From contig CBDICO010000001.1 of assembly GCA_965277365.1 (NCBI GenBank), forward strand, positions 192,786 to 256,785: a stretch of 64,000 bases of DNA. The letters run 5' to 3'. This document shows positions 1-10,238 of this stretch, piece after piece. A program made the position numbers and the translations under genes. This DNA is from Phormidesmis sp. Its GTDB lineage: Bacteria; Cyanobacteriota; Cyanobacteriia; Leptolyngbyales; Leptolyngbyaceae. Positions within the stretch are counted from its first letter, which is position 1, and every line of letters begins with the position of its first letter. The notes under the pieces were generated by a model. The model saw only the letters and a list, made by a program, of their open reading frames with translations. It had not been told where the DNA came from and ran no database searches.

Positions 1-1
1 G

Positions 2-199
2 AGCATTTTAGTCAAGGATGGTTGGTATGGGTTGAGTCGATCGCAGCAAGACAAACTCGGTGATGAACTATTGCAGCGATCGCAAGAACTCAATTTTAGC
101 CACTTAGAAATCACCGATGCTCAAGGAATGGTGTTGGCGCGCAGTCCGATTGTTGGTTCGACAATGGTGATTTTGAAGCGCAAGGCAGACGTGGCTTGA
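2..199 (+). CDS. 3' end of a conserved cyanobacterial hypothetical protein (partial)
   Basis: Open frame SILVKDGWYGLSRSQQDKLGDELLQRSQELNFSHLEITDAQGMVLARSPIVGSTMVIL... ending in TGA at 197-199. Confidence 0.6.
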   Translation, partial: SILVKDGWYGLSRSQQDKLGDELLQRSQELNFSHLEITDAQGMVLARSPIVGSTMVILKRKADVA

Positions 200-300
200 A
201 ATTTTGAGTGGGGCTAATTGATTCGCATCGCAGACTTAGAGAGCTTCTAGATCATTGACAGCTTCTCTTGTTTTTCGGTGCTATAATTTCACAGTGACGA

Positions 301-373
301 GGGCATGTAGCTCAGTGGATAGAGCATCAGGTTCCGGTCCTGAGGGTCGGGGGTTCGAGTCCCTCCATGCTCG
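301..373 (+). tRNA. tRNA-Arg(CCG)
   Basis: Acceptor GGGCATG/CATGCTC; anticodon stem TCAGG/CCTGA around loop TTCCGGT; T-loop GGTTCGAGTCC. Confidence 0.95.
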
Positions 374-380
374 TAAAAGT

Positions 381-417
381 AAAGCCTTTGAGGAACGTTG
401 ATTTCTCAAGGCTTTTT
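381..417 (+). terminator. Intrinsic terminator after tRNA-Arg
   Basis: AAAGCCTTTGAG...CTCAAGGCTTT hairpin followed by a T-run. Confidence 0.6.
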
Positions 418-848
418 CTGTTTGGTGAAACAAGTTTTATCGGTTGATTAGGCTGTTTTGCAATGAATTCTAAAATGCTGGATGGTGGCACAACGCCGAT
501 CGAGCCATCTTCGCAAAGCCGATCGTTAATTCTCGCATCAGAATTTTACAAAATAATCCCGTACTTGATTTCGCATAAGCGAATTTTTATTGCTGAAGCA
601 GCCGCATCGGTGAGGATGTTGAGACGGTAAAACCCGGTTCATATGGGTCATGATGCCTCATATTCAACGAAGCTCAATCCTCACAGTTCTTTCAAAGTTA
701 ACTATAGAACTAGCGGCGGGTAACCCAGTTTTTTACCTTACTCAAAAGTTCACCGTTTTAGTGTGGCAACCTCTTCAACAAGTTAGATGCCCACAACGGT
801 TTTATTAAGCTGCAATAGAGTGTGAGTTAAAAAGAACTAACAAAAATA

Positions 849-1505
849 ATGACCATTGCATTGAGCATTTTGGCACTGTTTGCGATTGTGACCGCGATCG
901 GAGCCGCCTCTCGTGTGCAGAGACAAATAGCACAGCTTCAACCTAGCCGTCCGTCTGTGAAAGAGCCTAGCCTGTCAGCGACTTCTAAAACTCAATTAGA
1001 GTCTGACCGAGACTTAGATCAAGCAGTTGATGTTTCTCCTCCATCTCAGCCATCTCCTGTTGAGCAATGGAGCGATTTTGAGCGTTTGCAGGCTGACATT
1101 CCGCTTGCCGGATCGCTCTCTGTCTCAGAAGTAATGCAGCCCAGTGAAGTCGAGCCGTCAATCTTTCTGAAGAATGAACCCCTTGAATCGACGATCGCAG
1201 GGCTAAGTTCTCACGATCAAACCATGCATTCTAATAGTCTGCTTGAAGAAGTGGCTGAGTTAGCACCTGGCGGACACAACTCTCAAATTTCTCATCTTGC
1301 CCACTATCTAAATCATGCTGACCCAGTGATGCGATCTGCCGCAGCCTTTGCCCTTGGCGACCTTGCCCCACACTGTCACGGAGAGGATCTCGAAAAAATC
1401 TTTTCTGCTCTCAACCAATTTAGTCAAGATGCAAATCCACAGGTGAGACTGCAAGCAGTCACCGCACTAGGAAATTTGAAATCCTCTGACTTATTCTCTA
1501 AATAA
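849..1505 (+). CDS. HEAT-repeat (PBS-lyase-like) protein with an N-terminal membrane anchor
   Basis: Hydrophobic N-terminus; C-terminal HADPVMRSAAAFALG and DANPQVRLQAVTALG repeats. Confidence 0.7.
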   Translation: MTIALSILALFAIVTAIGAASRVQRQIAQLQPSRPSVKEPSLSATSKTQLESDRDLDQAVDVSPPSQPSPVEQWSDFERLQADIPLAGSLSVSEVMQPSEVEPSIFLKNEPLESTIAGLSSHDQTMHSNSLLEEVAELAPGGHNSQISHLAHYLNHADPVMRSAAAFALGDLAPHCHGEDLEKIFSALNQFSQDANPQVRLQAVTALGNLKSSDLFSK

Positions 1506-1543
1506 CTGCACCCCAAAAAGACCATTGAATTATGAGTTGAGAA

Positions 1544-3496
1544 TTGCTATACGATCGGGCTATCGCATATTTACAGGAGTTAACGATGTCGCAACGTTCA
1601 CTTCAGCAACAGCAAGGTCATTATCGCTACGACCCGACTCAACTCAGTCAGGCTGCCCCAGCGCGAATCTTCCCTCACGCTGGAGAAGATGGTGTGCTGC
1701 AATATATCTTGACTGAGCTACGTCACAATTTGGTAGAGCGTGGGCAACTGTCTCCGCCGCTTACTTGGGCATTAGAGCAGATTGAGTCAAGCGACTATCA
1801 GTTGAACGAAACCTGGCTAAACTTGACGACGCTGTTGGTCAATTTTGAGATTTTTCAGTCTGATTTGTTTAACTTTTATCTGCCGCCCAATGAGCAGTTT
1901 AACGTAGAGTTTGTGCAGTTGCGGCGACAAATGGGGGAAGCGTTAAACGCCGCAGACAAAGCAGCAAAGAAGCTGAATCTTAGGGAAGCTGCCCAAGTTC
2001 AACGCCTTCAGTTTTATCAGACTCTAGAAGAACATGGACGATCGCGTCCTAAGATTATTAAAATTCACGAGCGAGATGGCGGACTGAGCGATCGGGAGTT
2101 TGCCCGTCAGCGTCTCTCAGGACCGAACCCGACTTCGATCAAAAGAGTTTGCGATCAAGAAAATTTATCAAATTGGCAAGGCGATCGAGTGTGTTCGCTT
2201 TCAAATGGCGAGGCGATTAGTTTAGACACTGCTGCCGATCAAAATCGCCTGTTTTTGTTAGAGTATCCCCTCTTAAAATTCTCACCTGCTGAGTTGCAGA
2301 TCGGGCGTTATGTAGGCAGTCCGAAAACGCTATTTTATCGAAGCGAACAGGGATTAGAACCGCTTTTGACTCAATTAGAATCGGGTGGAAAAATCTACGC
2401 GCCGACCAGCGATGCCGATGATTGGATGAGATCGAAGCTTTTTGTTCAAGTCGCAGATATTACCCAACATGAGTTATTGACGCACTTGTGTTACACCCAC
2501 TTGTCAATGGAAGCATTTGCGATCGCCACTCCGCGCAGGTTACCTGCCAACCATCCAGTTTATCGATTACTCAAACCACATTTTAGATTTTTGCTTGCCA
2601 TTAACACCCGCGGCAATGCCATTTTGCTCGGAAAAGGAGCCGCGATCGATACCCTCATGGCTCCCACTCGTGACGCGTCGATCGCGGTGATGAATCAGGC
2701 ATATCGCGATCGCTCATTTGAGTCTTATGCGTTGCCCACCGATCTCAAACATCGAGGCGTAGAAGCTGAATTTTTATCAGATTATCCCTATCGAGACGAT
2801 GCTCAATTTCTGTGGGATGCGATTAATCGCTACGTTACTGCTTATTTGCAGCGCTATTATCCTGATGATATTGCCATTCAGCAAGATGCTCATTTGCAAG
2901 CTTGGGTGGCAGAACTCGGCGCACCCTTAAACACCCGATCGCGCACTGAATTTGCCCAGGCTCCTGACTGGATTTCTCCTGAAATTGCTGCTGAGGTAGG
3001 GTTAGCAATTACAGACCTGCCGGATTATCCGCGTGTTCCAGGGTTTCCTTCTCATCAAAATCCGGGAACGATCGCGACTCTTCAACCGTTAATCAACGCC
3101 GCAACTCAGATTATTTTTACGTGCAGTGCTCAACATGCGGCGGTGAATTTTAGCCAATTTGACTATTTTGGCTACCCTCCCAATGCGCCCATTGCTGCCT
3201 ACACACAGCCTGATGTCTCTGCACCGCTTTCTGAAATGATGCCAAACCCCGCCCAAGATCTCGCCCAAATTGAGCTAACCTTCGCTCTGAGCGGCGTTCT
3301 CTGGAGTCGTTTAGGAAGTGACGACATCATCCAATTCGTAGATCAAGGCGATCGAGCCATTCTGCATCAATTTCAAGCCGATCTTCGCATGATTGAAACT
3401 GAGATTCAAACTCGCAATCGGATACGCGATCGCGATTCCGGTATCGATTATCCCTACCTTTTGCCCTCTCGAATTCCTAATAGCATCAACATTTAG
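1544..3496 (+). CDS. Lipoxygenase
   Basis: HELLTHLCYTHL, QHAAVNF and C-terminal SINI iron-ligand motifs; FARQRLSGPNP. Confidence 0.92.
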   Translation: MLYDRAIAYLQELTMSQRSLQQQQGHYRYDPTQLSQAAPARIFPHAGEDGVLQYILTELRHNLVERGQLSPPLTWALEQIESSDYQLNETWLNLTTLLVNFEIFQSDLFNFYLPPNEQFNVEFVQLRRQMGEALNAADKAAKKLNLREAAQVQRLQFYQTLEEHGRSRPKIIKIHERDGGLSDREFARQRLSGPNPTSIKRVCDQENLSNWQGDRVCSLSNGEAISLDTAADQNRLFLLEYPLLKFSPAELQIGRYVGSPKTLFYRSEQGLEPLLTQLESGGKIYAPTSDADDWMRSKLFVQVADITQHELLTHLCYTHLSMEAFAIATPRRLPANHPVYRLLKPHFRFLLAINTRGNAILLGKGAAIDTLMAPTRDASIAVMNQAYRDRSFESYALPTDLKHRGVEAEFLSDYPYRDDAQFLWDAINRYVTAYLQRYYPDDIAIQQDAHLQAWVAELGAPLNTRSRTEFAQAPDWISPEIAAEVGLAITDLPDYPRVPGFPSHQNPGTIATLQPLINAATQIIFTCSAQHAAVNFSQFDYFGYPPNAPIAAYTQPDVSAPLSEMMPNPAQDLAQIELTFALSGVLWSRLGSDDIIQFVDQGDRAILHQFQADLRMIETEIQTRNRIRDRDSGIDYPYLLPSRIPNSINI

Positions 3497-3513
3497 CGAT
3501 GGATAGTTTTATT

Positions 3514-3529
3514 TGTAATCAATACTACA
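3514..3529. promoter_or_regulatory. NtcA box upstream of cynS
   Basis: TGTA-ATCAATAC-TACA fits GTA-N8-TAC, about 55 nt upstream of the cynS start. Confidence 0.55.
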
Positions 3530-3584
3530 AACACAAACCCATCAGTCTTGTTACGAGTAATGGCAAACGTATCGAAACTATCTC

Positions 3585-4022
3585 ATGATCTCAGACATTA
3601 CCGAGAAGCTTTTGGCAGCTAAATCAGGAAAAGGGCTAAGTTTTGCTGATTTAGAAACGACGATCGGACGCGATGAAGTTTGGATCGCCGCTTTGTTTTA
3701 TCAGCAAGCCAGCGCCTCTGACGACGAAGCCACCAAATTACTCAACGCTTTAGGACTCAGCCTCGATCTCGTCGCTACTTTAACGGCATTTCCCGTGAAA
3801 GGATTAGGTCCGATCGTGCCCACCGATCCCTTAATTTATCGCTTCTACGAGATCATGCAGGTCTACGGAATGCCGATGAAAGAAATCATTCATGAAAAAT
3901 TTGGCGATGGCATTATGAGCGCGATCGATTTCACTTTAGATATCGACAAGATAGAAGATCCCAAAGGCGATCGCGTCAAAGTCACAATGAATGGAAAATT
4001 CTTAGCCTATAAAAAGTGGTAA
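3585..4022 (+). CDS. cynS: Cyanate hydratase (cyanase)
   Basis: [25 protein letters not shown] and GKFLAYKKW motifs. Confidence 0.96.
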   Translation: MISDITEKLLAAKSGKGLSFADLETTIGRDEVWIAALFYQQASASDDEATKLLNALGLSLDLVATLTAFPVKGLGPIVPTDPLIYRFYEIMQVYGMPMKEIIHEKFGDGIMSAIDFTLDIDKIEDPKGDRVKVTMNGKFLAYKKW

Positions 4023-4084
4023 TGCTGGGCGCGATCGAGGCAGTCAAACGGGAAACTAAATGAGGGTATCCTAAGTCGAGTAGG

Positions 4085-4834
4085 ATGGGTAGAGCCACCG
4101 CAAAACCCATCAAAACCCACATTCGATCGAGCGACCCACTGACCCGATTTTCTCAATTCATCATGCACCCAACCCACTGCAATTGCCATGACATCGATTC
4201 TAAAACCAAGCAAAAGCAGTTACTGATTGCGCTCCTATTAGTCGGCGGCTTCGCGATCGTAGAATTAACTGTAGGGTTAAGCATTCACAGCTTGGCACTG
4301 CTAGCAGAATCAGGACATCTCGTATCTGACTGTTTAGCGTTGCTGTTAGCATTGCTTGCAACTCGCATTTCTCAATCGCCGCCAGCGTGGGGCTGGCTAG
4401 GAGCGAACCAGGTGACGATCAAAGAAAATCACTCGATCGAGACTTGGGCAGCTTTGATCAACGGATTGGGATTAGTCGCTGTCGCTCTCGTGATTGGTTG
4501 GGAAGCCGTGAGCCGATTTCAAATCGATCCGGTGGAGATTGCTAGCAAACCGATGTTGATCACCGCGATCGTCGGCTTAGTCGTGAATGGCATTAATATT
4601 TCTCTGCTGCATCAGGGCAGTGATCATGACCTCAATTTGAGAGGCGCTTTTTTGCATGTAGTGGCAGATGCTTTGGGCGCGATCGGGGTGATTGTAGCAG
4701 CAATTGCGATCGCGATTTGGCACTGGTCTTGGGCAGATGGTGCCATCAGTCTAGTCATTTCAGCCCTGATTATTGTGGCAGCGATTCCGTTAATCCATCA
4801 AAGCTGGAAAACCTTACAGGCGATCACGGTGTAA
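4085..4834 (+). CDS. Cation diffusion facilitator (CzcD/ZitB-like); likely start at ATG 4163
   Basis: SLALLAESGHLVSD and NLRGAFLHVVADALG motifs; six TM segments; lacks the cytoplasmic C-terminal domain. Confidence 0.88.
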   Translation: MGRATAKPIKTHIRSSDPLTRFSQFIMHPTHCNCHDIDSKTKQKQLLIALLLVGGFAIVELTVGLSIHSLALLAESGHLVSDCLALLLALLATRISQSPPAWGWLGANQVTIKENHSIETWAALINGLGLVAVALVIGWEAVSRFQIDPVEIASKPMLITAIVGLVVNGINISLLHQGSDHDLNLRGAFLHVVADALGAIGVIVAAIAIAIWHWSWADGAISLVISALIIVAAIPLIHQSWKTLQAITV

Positions 4835-4836
4835 CA

Positions 4837-5478
4837 TCAAGCTCCAGCATTTTGAATCTGCTGTTGAGCCAATCGCACACGGGCACGAATCGTTAAACTT
4901 TCATCGGTTTCAGCCAACTCATCGAGCCTAGTCTGAGTCTGAGCCAGCCAATCGGGTCGAGATTTTGACACCGCGATCGCGAGAGACTGCAAACTCAAAA
5001 CAGCTGCATAGCGCACAATCCACTCGTGATCTTGAGAGACGTGCAGCAAAGCTTCGAGCGCTTGAAGTTGAGCCGATTGAATGCGATCGTCCGCTAATTT
5101 ATTCCAGTGAATACTGCCTAATCCTTTGGTTGCTGCCCGCCGGACGCTCATCGCAAAATCGTTTTGCGCCGCATGAAGCAAAATAGTCAGACCACGCGGA
5201 TCACCGATGGCAGCCAACGCTCGAACTGCCCAAGCTCTCGCCCCATAATTATAGCCATCTAACTGTTCTAAAAGCGGCAGCACCGACAGCTCTCCCAATC
5301 GAATCAGCCCATCGACGGCAGCAACGGCGGCTCCCGGATTATTGTAGCCCAGAGCAGCAATTAAACTAGGAATCGCGGCTTGAGTATGGGCGATCGCCAG
5401 AGCTTGCACCGCTTCTAAGAGATGAGTTGAAGAGTCTGCTTCATCAACTGCACGAATCAGAATTTGAATATCAGTCAC
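4837..5478 (-). CDS. cpcF: Phycocyanobilin lyase beta subunit
   Basis: LGYNNPGAAVAAVDGL, YNYGARAWA and DFAMSVRRAA motifs; downstream of cpcE. Confidence 0.9.
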   Translation of the reverse strand: MTDIQILIRAVDEADSSTHLLEAVQALAIAHTQAAIPSLIAALGYNNPGAAVAAVDGLIRLGELSVLPLLEQLDGYNYGARAWAVRALAAIGDPRGLTILLHAAQNDFAMSVRRAATKGLGSIHWNKLADDRIQSAQLQALEALLHVSQDHEWIVRYAAVLSLQSLAIAVSKSRPDWLAQTQTRLDELAETDESLTIRARVRLAQQQIQNAGA

Positions 5479-5558
5479 AGGATTTTGAGAGAAGAGTTAA
5501 CGGGCTTCGATTCCCATTCTAAAGCCGATCGAGCCACCCATCTCCCTGGATAGAACTT

Positions 5559-6374
5559 TCAAAGCAGGGAGTCCATTAGATTCATAACCTTGATGGCTCC
5601 GTCAGGGAGATGAGGAAGAGGAGTGTCAGAAAATTGGTGTTCTAGTAACCCTTTGAGCGCAATTAACTTCAGACTATTCTCAGCTAGCGTTTGCGCGATC
5701 GCGTCCGCAGCCGGAAGGTAGCCGATCGCGCCCAAATCAGCCATCGCCGACCGCCTCAGTTGCAAATCTGCCCCCTGCAAGGCTTTGATCAGTCGATCGC
5801 CATATTGACCGTCCGCAGTCAGTTGATAAAGTGCACGGGCTGCCGAATATTGCACCCGTTTAACTGGATGGTCGAGAAAGGACTTTGCTAAGAGAATGGC
5901 TTCAACGGCTTTAAGCGTTCCTAGCGCTTCTAAAATCGCGTCGTAGGGTTGAGGAAAATCGAGTCTCACGGGTGATGGCTCTGTTTCAGGAATCTCATTC
6001 TTAAGTAGCTGCATTAAGACAGGAATGCAGGTGCGATCGTCCAACATTTCTAGCGATTGTGCTGCCGCTTCTCGGACATAGAAATCTGAACATGAGAGAC
6101 TCTCGATCAGAGCCGGAACAGCACGACGATCGCCCAGTTTACCCAACGCTCTCGCCGCATTTCGCCGCAGTGGATAGCCCCCCGCTTCAGTGCGATCGGC
6201 TTCATCTTTAAGGGCATTAATCAACCGTTCGACGACTCCAGGCTGATTGACACGAAACTTTCCCAGCCACCAGGCAGCATAGACACGCAGCCCTAAATCG
6301 GGCGATTGCAGGTTCTCGATCGCTTGCGATGGAGTCAGTTGTTCACCGTTAAAACTGTCAGAGACATCAGACAT
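5559..6374 (-). CDS. cpcE: Phycocyanobilin lyase alpha subunit
   Basis: RVYAAWWLGK, GGYPLRRNAARALGK and ENSLKLIALKG motifs. Confidence 0.93.
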   Translation of the reverse strand: MSDVSDSFNGEQLTPSQAIENLQSPDLGLRVYAAWWLGKFRVNQPGVVERLINALKDEADRTEAGGYPLRRNAARALGKLGDRRAVPALIESLSCSDFYVREAAAQSLEMLDDRTCIPVLMQLLKNEIPETEPSPVRLDFPQPYDAILEALGTLKAVEAILLAKSFLDHPVKRVQYSAARALYQLTADGQYGDRLIKALQGADLQLRRSAMADLGAIGYLPAADAIAQTLAENSLKLIALKGLLEHQFSDTPLPHLPDGAIKVMNLMDSLL

Positions 6375-6631
6375 GAGACTCGTGAGAAAAGAGAATTTGA
6401 TGTTTAGTCTAGCGCCCGATCGTCACCCTCACATCAGCAAAAAACCATAATATTTGTTCATATATATTAATAAGTTATGTTAAGATTATTAATATAAATT
6501 CACAATCTCCTCTGTGGCAGGCATCCATTCTGTCGATTACTGCGTTCTTAACCAAGATTCTCAAACCCAGCATTAGCTCTGGCTTTTGGACTCAGACCAC
6601 TTGGGCTATTTTACGAACCATCGCTGGCATC

Positions 6632-7075
6632 ATGATGATCCATAACGGGTTGGATAAGCTCGGCGACATTGAAAGCTTCTCTCACGCTTATGTTGAGGTG
6701 ATTGGTTTACCCTTTCCGATCGTGTTCAGCTATCTGGCAGCGTTTACCGAGCTACTGGGTGCCCCCCTGCTGGCGGTTGGGCTATTGACCCGTCCGGCAG
6801 CGCTGGGGCTATTTGCCACCATGTGCGTTGCAATTTACCATCACCTTCTCGTCGCCGGACTCAATCTTCCTTATTTGGAACTGTCTGCGGTTTATGCAGC
6901 TTGCTTCCTGCTCTTTGCAGTCAACGGGGCAGGTTTGTTTTCGACCGATGCCTTGATCGTTAACTGGCTTGATGCGAGTGCCCTATCTCTGCAAGCCAAG
7001 CAAGTGATGGGTCTAGAAAAGGCTTATCAAGCCTCAAATTCTCAAAAGAAATCTGTTGATTCTCCGGCTAAGTAG
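6632..7075 (+). CDS. DoxX family membrane protein; the frame is open further upstream, to about 6530
   Basis: MIHNGLDKL, AFTELLGAPLLAVGLLTRPAA and GAGLFSTD motifs. Confidence 0.85.
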   Translation: MMIHNGLDKLGDIESFSHAYVEVIGLPFPIVFSYLAAFTELLGAPLLAVGLLTRPAALGLFATMCVAIYHHLLVAGLNLPYLELSAVYAACFLLFAVNGAGLFSTDALIVNWLDASALSLQAKQVMGLEKAYQASNSQKKSVDSPAK

Positions 7076-7130
7076 TCTCCGTGACCCTCAGTGATTGAAT
7101 CGCAGACTCTAGAAATTAGTGAATCGCGTA

Positions 7131-7163
7131 AAAAAGCCCTGGAAAAAACTCCGGGGCTTTTTT
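7131..7163 (+). terminator. Intrinsic terminator, possibly bidirectional
   Basis: AAAAAGCCCTGGA...TCCGGGGCTTTTT hairpin. Confidence 0.7.
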
Positions 7164-7681
7164 TAAGCACAAAGTTTAACTTAGATGAATACTGAATCTG
7201 TCTCTCGAGTGTGGCATTCCTACAGAATTTCTACTAAATTTCCACTCTATATTCGTAGAACGCTCTCGTGTTGTTGACGCAATTCCTATCCAATTACTAC
7301 GCAAGCACTTAGATCACGAATTATGTTGATTTGGTGGGAATGGATGAGGGCAAACCCATTGAGTGAGTTTCAAAGCGCAATTATGGAGAAGCTAGGCTAA
7401 ATTAGCCAGCATTAGCTCTAACCCACCCTGGATAGGGCAATACGGATGAATGACAATCAGTCAGTTTTCAGGGGAAGAGCAGGGTGCTTGAAGAGAACCT
7501 ATGTGTTTTTTTAGTGAAGCCCCTGTAGAAGTACTGGCTTTGACTATTGCAATGAAAATCAGAAAATGCTAGCTAACCTGGGAGGTACTACAAAAGTAAC
7601 GGCGATTTTGAGTCGCGATCGTAACAAGGAGGAATCAACGCGCTAGATTTCTCCTTTGATGTCTCAATAATCAGGGGTTCC

Positions 7682-8866
7682 ATGTACGATTTTGCGATTG
7701 TTGGCGGCGGCATCGTTGGGTTATCGACCGCAATGGCACTGGGAAACCGCCGCCCAGATGCCAAAATTCTGCTGTTAGAGAAAGAGAGCCGATGGGCATA
7801 CCACCAGACAGGCAACAACAGTGGAGTGATTCACTCTGGCATCTACTATCAGCCAGGAAGCTTTAAAGCAAAGTTTTGCCACGCCGGAAGTCAATTGATG
7901 GTGCGGTTTTGTCAAGAACACGCGATCGCTCATGAAGTATGTGGCAAAGTCATTGTCGCAACCGAGCCAGACGAATTACCGCAATTAGAAAATCTTTATC
8001 AACGGGGGCTGCAAAACGGGCTCAAAGTTGAACGAATTACGGCAGAACAAGTGCAGGAAATTGAGCCTCACGTCCGTTCTCTAGCAGGAGTTCGCGTCTA
8101 TTCGACGGGCATTGTCAGCTACAAGCAAGTCTGTCAAAAATATGCAGAACTCGCGGCTTTTCAAGGAGCCGATTTGCGCCTCAACACACGAGTCGAAATC
8201 CTAGCCAAAACCAGCAATGGCTATGATATCGCGACCACAAACGGCACGTTTAGCACCCGATTTGTGATTAACTGTGCGGGGCTGCACTGCGATCGGCTAG
8301 CTCAACTGGCTCACACAAAGCCTCCTGCTAAAATCGTTCCCTTCCGAGGCGAATATTACGAGCTAACCCCAGAAAAACGTTATCTGGTCAAGCATTTGAT
8401 TTATCCAGTCCCCAATCCCGATTTCCCTTTCTTGGGCGTTCATTTCACGCGGATGATCGATGGCACGGTTCATGCCGGTCCCAACGCGGTGTTGAGCTTT
8501 AAGCGAGAAGGCTATAAAAAAACAGATTTTGACCTGCAGGACTTTGCCGAAGTCATGACTTATCCCGGTTTTTGGAAGCTAATGTCGAGGCACGCCAATC
8601 AGGGGATTCAAGAGATGATGCGATCGTGGAGCAAGGCATTATTTGTGCAAAGTCTGCAACGACTGATTCCAGAAGTGCAAGCCAAAGATTTAGTACCGAC
8701 TCACGCAGGAGTGAGAGCGCAAGCCCTGCTGCCCAATGGCAAACTCGTCGATGATTTTTTAATGGTGAAAGAAGGGGACGCGCTACACGTTTATAACGCT
8801 CCTTCTCCGGCGGCAACGGCATCGATCGAGATTGGTCAAGCGATCGCAGATCAGGTTCCCTCATAA
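7682..8866 (+). CDS. lhgO: L-2-hydroxyglutarate oxidase family FAD oxidoreductase
   Basis: GGGIVG Rossmann motif; HQTGNNSGVIHSGIYY, PFLGVHFT and NAPSPAATAS. Confidence 0.92.
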   Translation: MYDFAIVGGGIVGLSTAMALGNRRPDAKILLLEKESRWAYHQTGNNSGVIHSGIYYQPGSFKAKFCHAGSQLMVRFCQEHAIAHEVCGKVIVATEPDELPQLENLYQRGLQNGLKVERITAEQVQEIEPHVRSLAGVRVYSTGIVSYKQVCQKYAELAAFQGADLRLNTRVEILAKTSNGYDIATTNGTFSTRFVINCAGLHCDRLAQLAHTKPPAKIVPFRGEYYELTPEKRYLVKHLIYPVPNPDFPFLGVHFTRMIDGTVHAGPNAVLSFKREGYKKTDFDLQDFAEVMTYPGFWKLMSRHANQGIQEMMRSWSKALFVQSLQRLIPEVQAKDLVPTHAGVRAQALLPNGKLVDDFLMVKEGDALHVYNAPSPAATASIEIGQAIADQVPS

Positions 8867-8919
8867 CTTCATCTCGCGTTGCGTTGTTCTCTAGGTGATG
8901 TTCACCGCTCTGATTATTT

Positions 8920-9338
8920 TTAACCTGCAACAAGCAGCTACATTTAGAAACTGCGATACTGAGTTTCCGCTTCTCTTAAGCAACGAACGCACGGGCAACC
9001 CTGGGCAGGAACGATCTCAAACGTTGAAATTTCCGATCGGGCGCGTTCGCTTCAGAAATGGCTGACATCTTTCAGCATCAGAGCTTTGTCCCGCAAGAGT
9101 CTCTGGTGGCTGCTTATCGCCTCAAAGGGCAGGGAAGCTACTCCGATCAAACGGGTCACTTGCCCGATCTTGTCTAGGTAGGAAAGTCGTCAAAACCATC
9201 TGAAGGAGCGGTGTTGACATCAAAGCATTGGTTGTCTATCCAGCAGCCTGCAAGGGTGTTAACCGAGAAGCTAAAGGAGAGTTCTGAATTTACGTTGAGC
9301 ACGATCGTTGCTACGTCTAAGCCTACCCAATCCGGACC
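8920..9338 (+). pseudogene. Degraded fragment of a cyanobacterial VanZ-type/lectin-domain protein, truncated by IS6
   Basis: Frameshifted pieces DTEFPLLLSNERTGN / PWAGTISNVEISDRA / LVAAYRLKGQGSYSDQTGHLPDLV* / LKESSEFTLSTIVAT resemble that family (recalled, not aligned). Confidence 0.5.
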
Positions 9339-10168
9339 GGTTGTGTCGCAAAAATGGTAGGGTTGGAGGGTTTAATATTCTCTGGCTTCAATCTAAATGA
9401 CATCCCAATCGCTGTTTAAGTGGCGGCATTTCTTGCCAGAGATCATCCTGCTGAATGTGCGGTGGTATCGTCGTTATCCCCTGAGCTACCGGAACCTGGA
9501 AGAAATGATGGCAGAACGAGGAGTGGAGGTGGATCATTCGACGATTAACCGCTAGGTGTTGAAGTTTGCCCCAGAACTCGACCAACGGCTTCGACCCCAT
9601 TTGAGCTTGACCCATGATCCGTGATTCGTGGCGGGTGGATGAGACCGATATCGAGGTCAAAGGGAAGTGGAAATATCTTTATCGAGCGGTGGACTCAAGG
9701 GGCAACCCGCCGGACTTCATGCTGAGTGCAAAGCGAGACGGGAAGGCAGCCGCAAGGTTTTTCCGCAAAGTGCTGAAGGCTCAACACACCCAACCACCCC
9801 GAGTGATTACGGTGGATAAACACGCTGCCTACCCAGTGGCAATGGAACCGTTGAAAGCCGATGAAACGATTGCAGAAGCAACGGAATTACGCCAGATCAA
9901 GTATCTCAACAACATCATTGAGCCGAACCACCGAACCATCAAGCGAATCGTGAAACCGATGATGGGCTTCAAGTCGTTCAACCCGGCAAGAAGGACATTG
10001 AGGGGCATTGAAGCGATGAATATGATTCGCACAGGACAAGTGAATGGAATTGCTCAAGGGGACAGTGTATCTAAAGTGAAATTCATCGAAGAACTCTTCG
10101 GGGTGATTGCTTAAGGAAACGAGATTGAGATAGTTCCTTTATCACTAAAAAGAATTTGCGCCACAACC
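9339..10168 (+). mobile_element. IS6-family element, inactivated copy
   Basis: IRs GGTTGTGTCGCAAAA / TTTGCGCCACAACC; ATG at 9397, in-frame TAG at 9553, frameshift near 9610; WRVDET and VITVDK motifs; no TSD. Confidence 0.92.
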
Positions 10169-10238
10169 ACTTTCTTTGACTTCAACCGAGGTGATGCCAG
10201 CCATCGCGAGAACCTGTAACGACGCTTCTCAGCTTAAG

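Noticed and set aside
301-848. tRNA-Arg as an integration site
   Set aside because: A terminator follows directly; I saw no duplicated tRNA 3' end, integrase or TGT end.
4837-6374. cpcE/cpcF separated from cpcBA as a novelty
   Set aside because: Detached cpcEF pairs occur in many cyanobacteria; nothing else here is unusual.
7340-7400. GGGCAAACCC as a c-di-GMP-I riboswitch
   Set aside because: The GNRA loop, receptor and downstream GCAAAGC pairing are absent.
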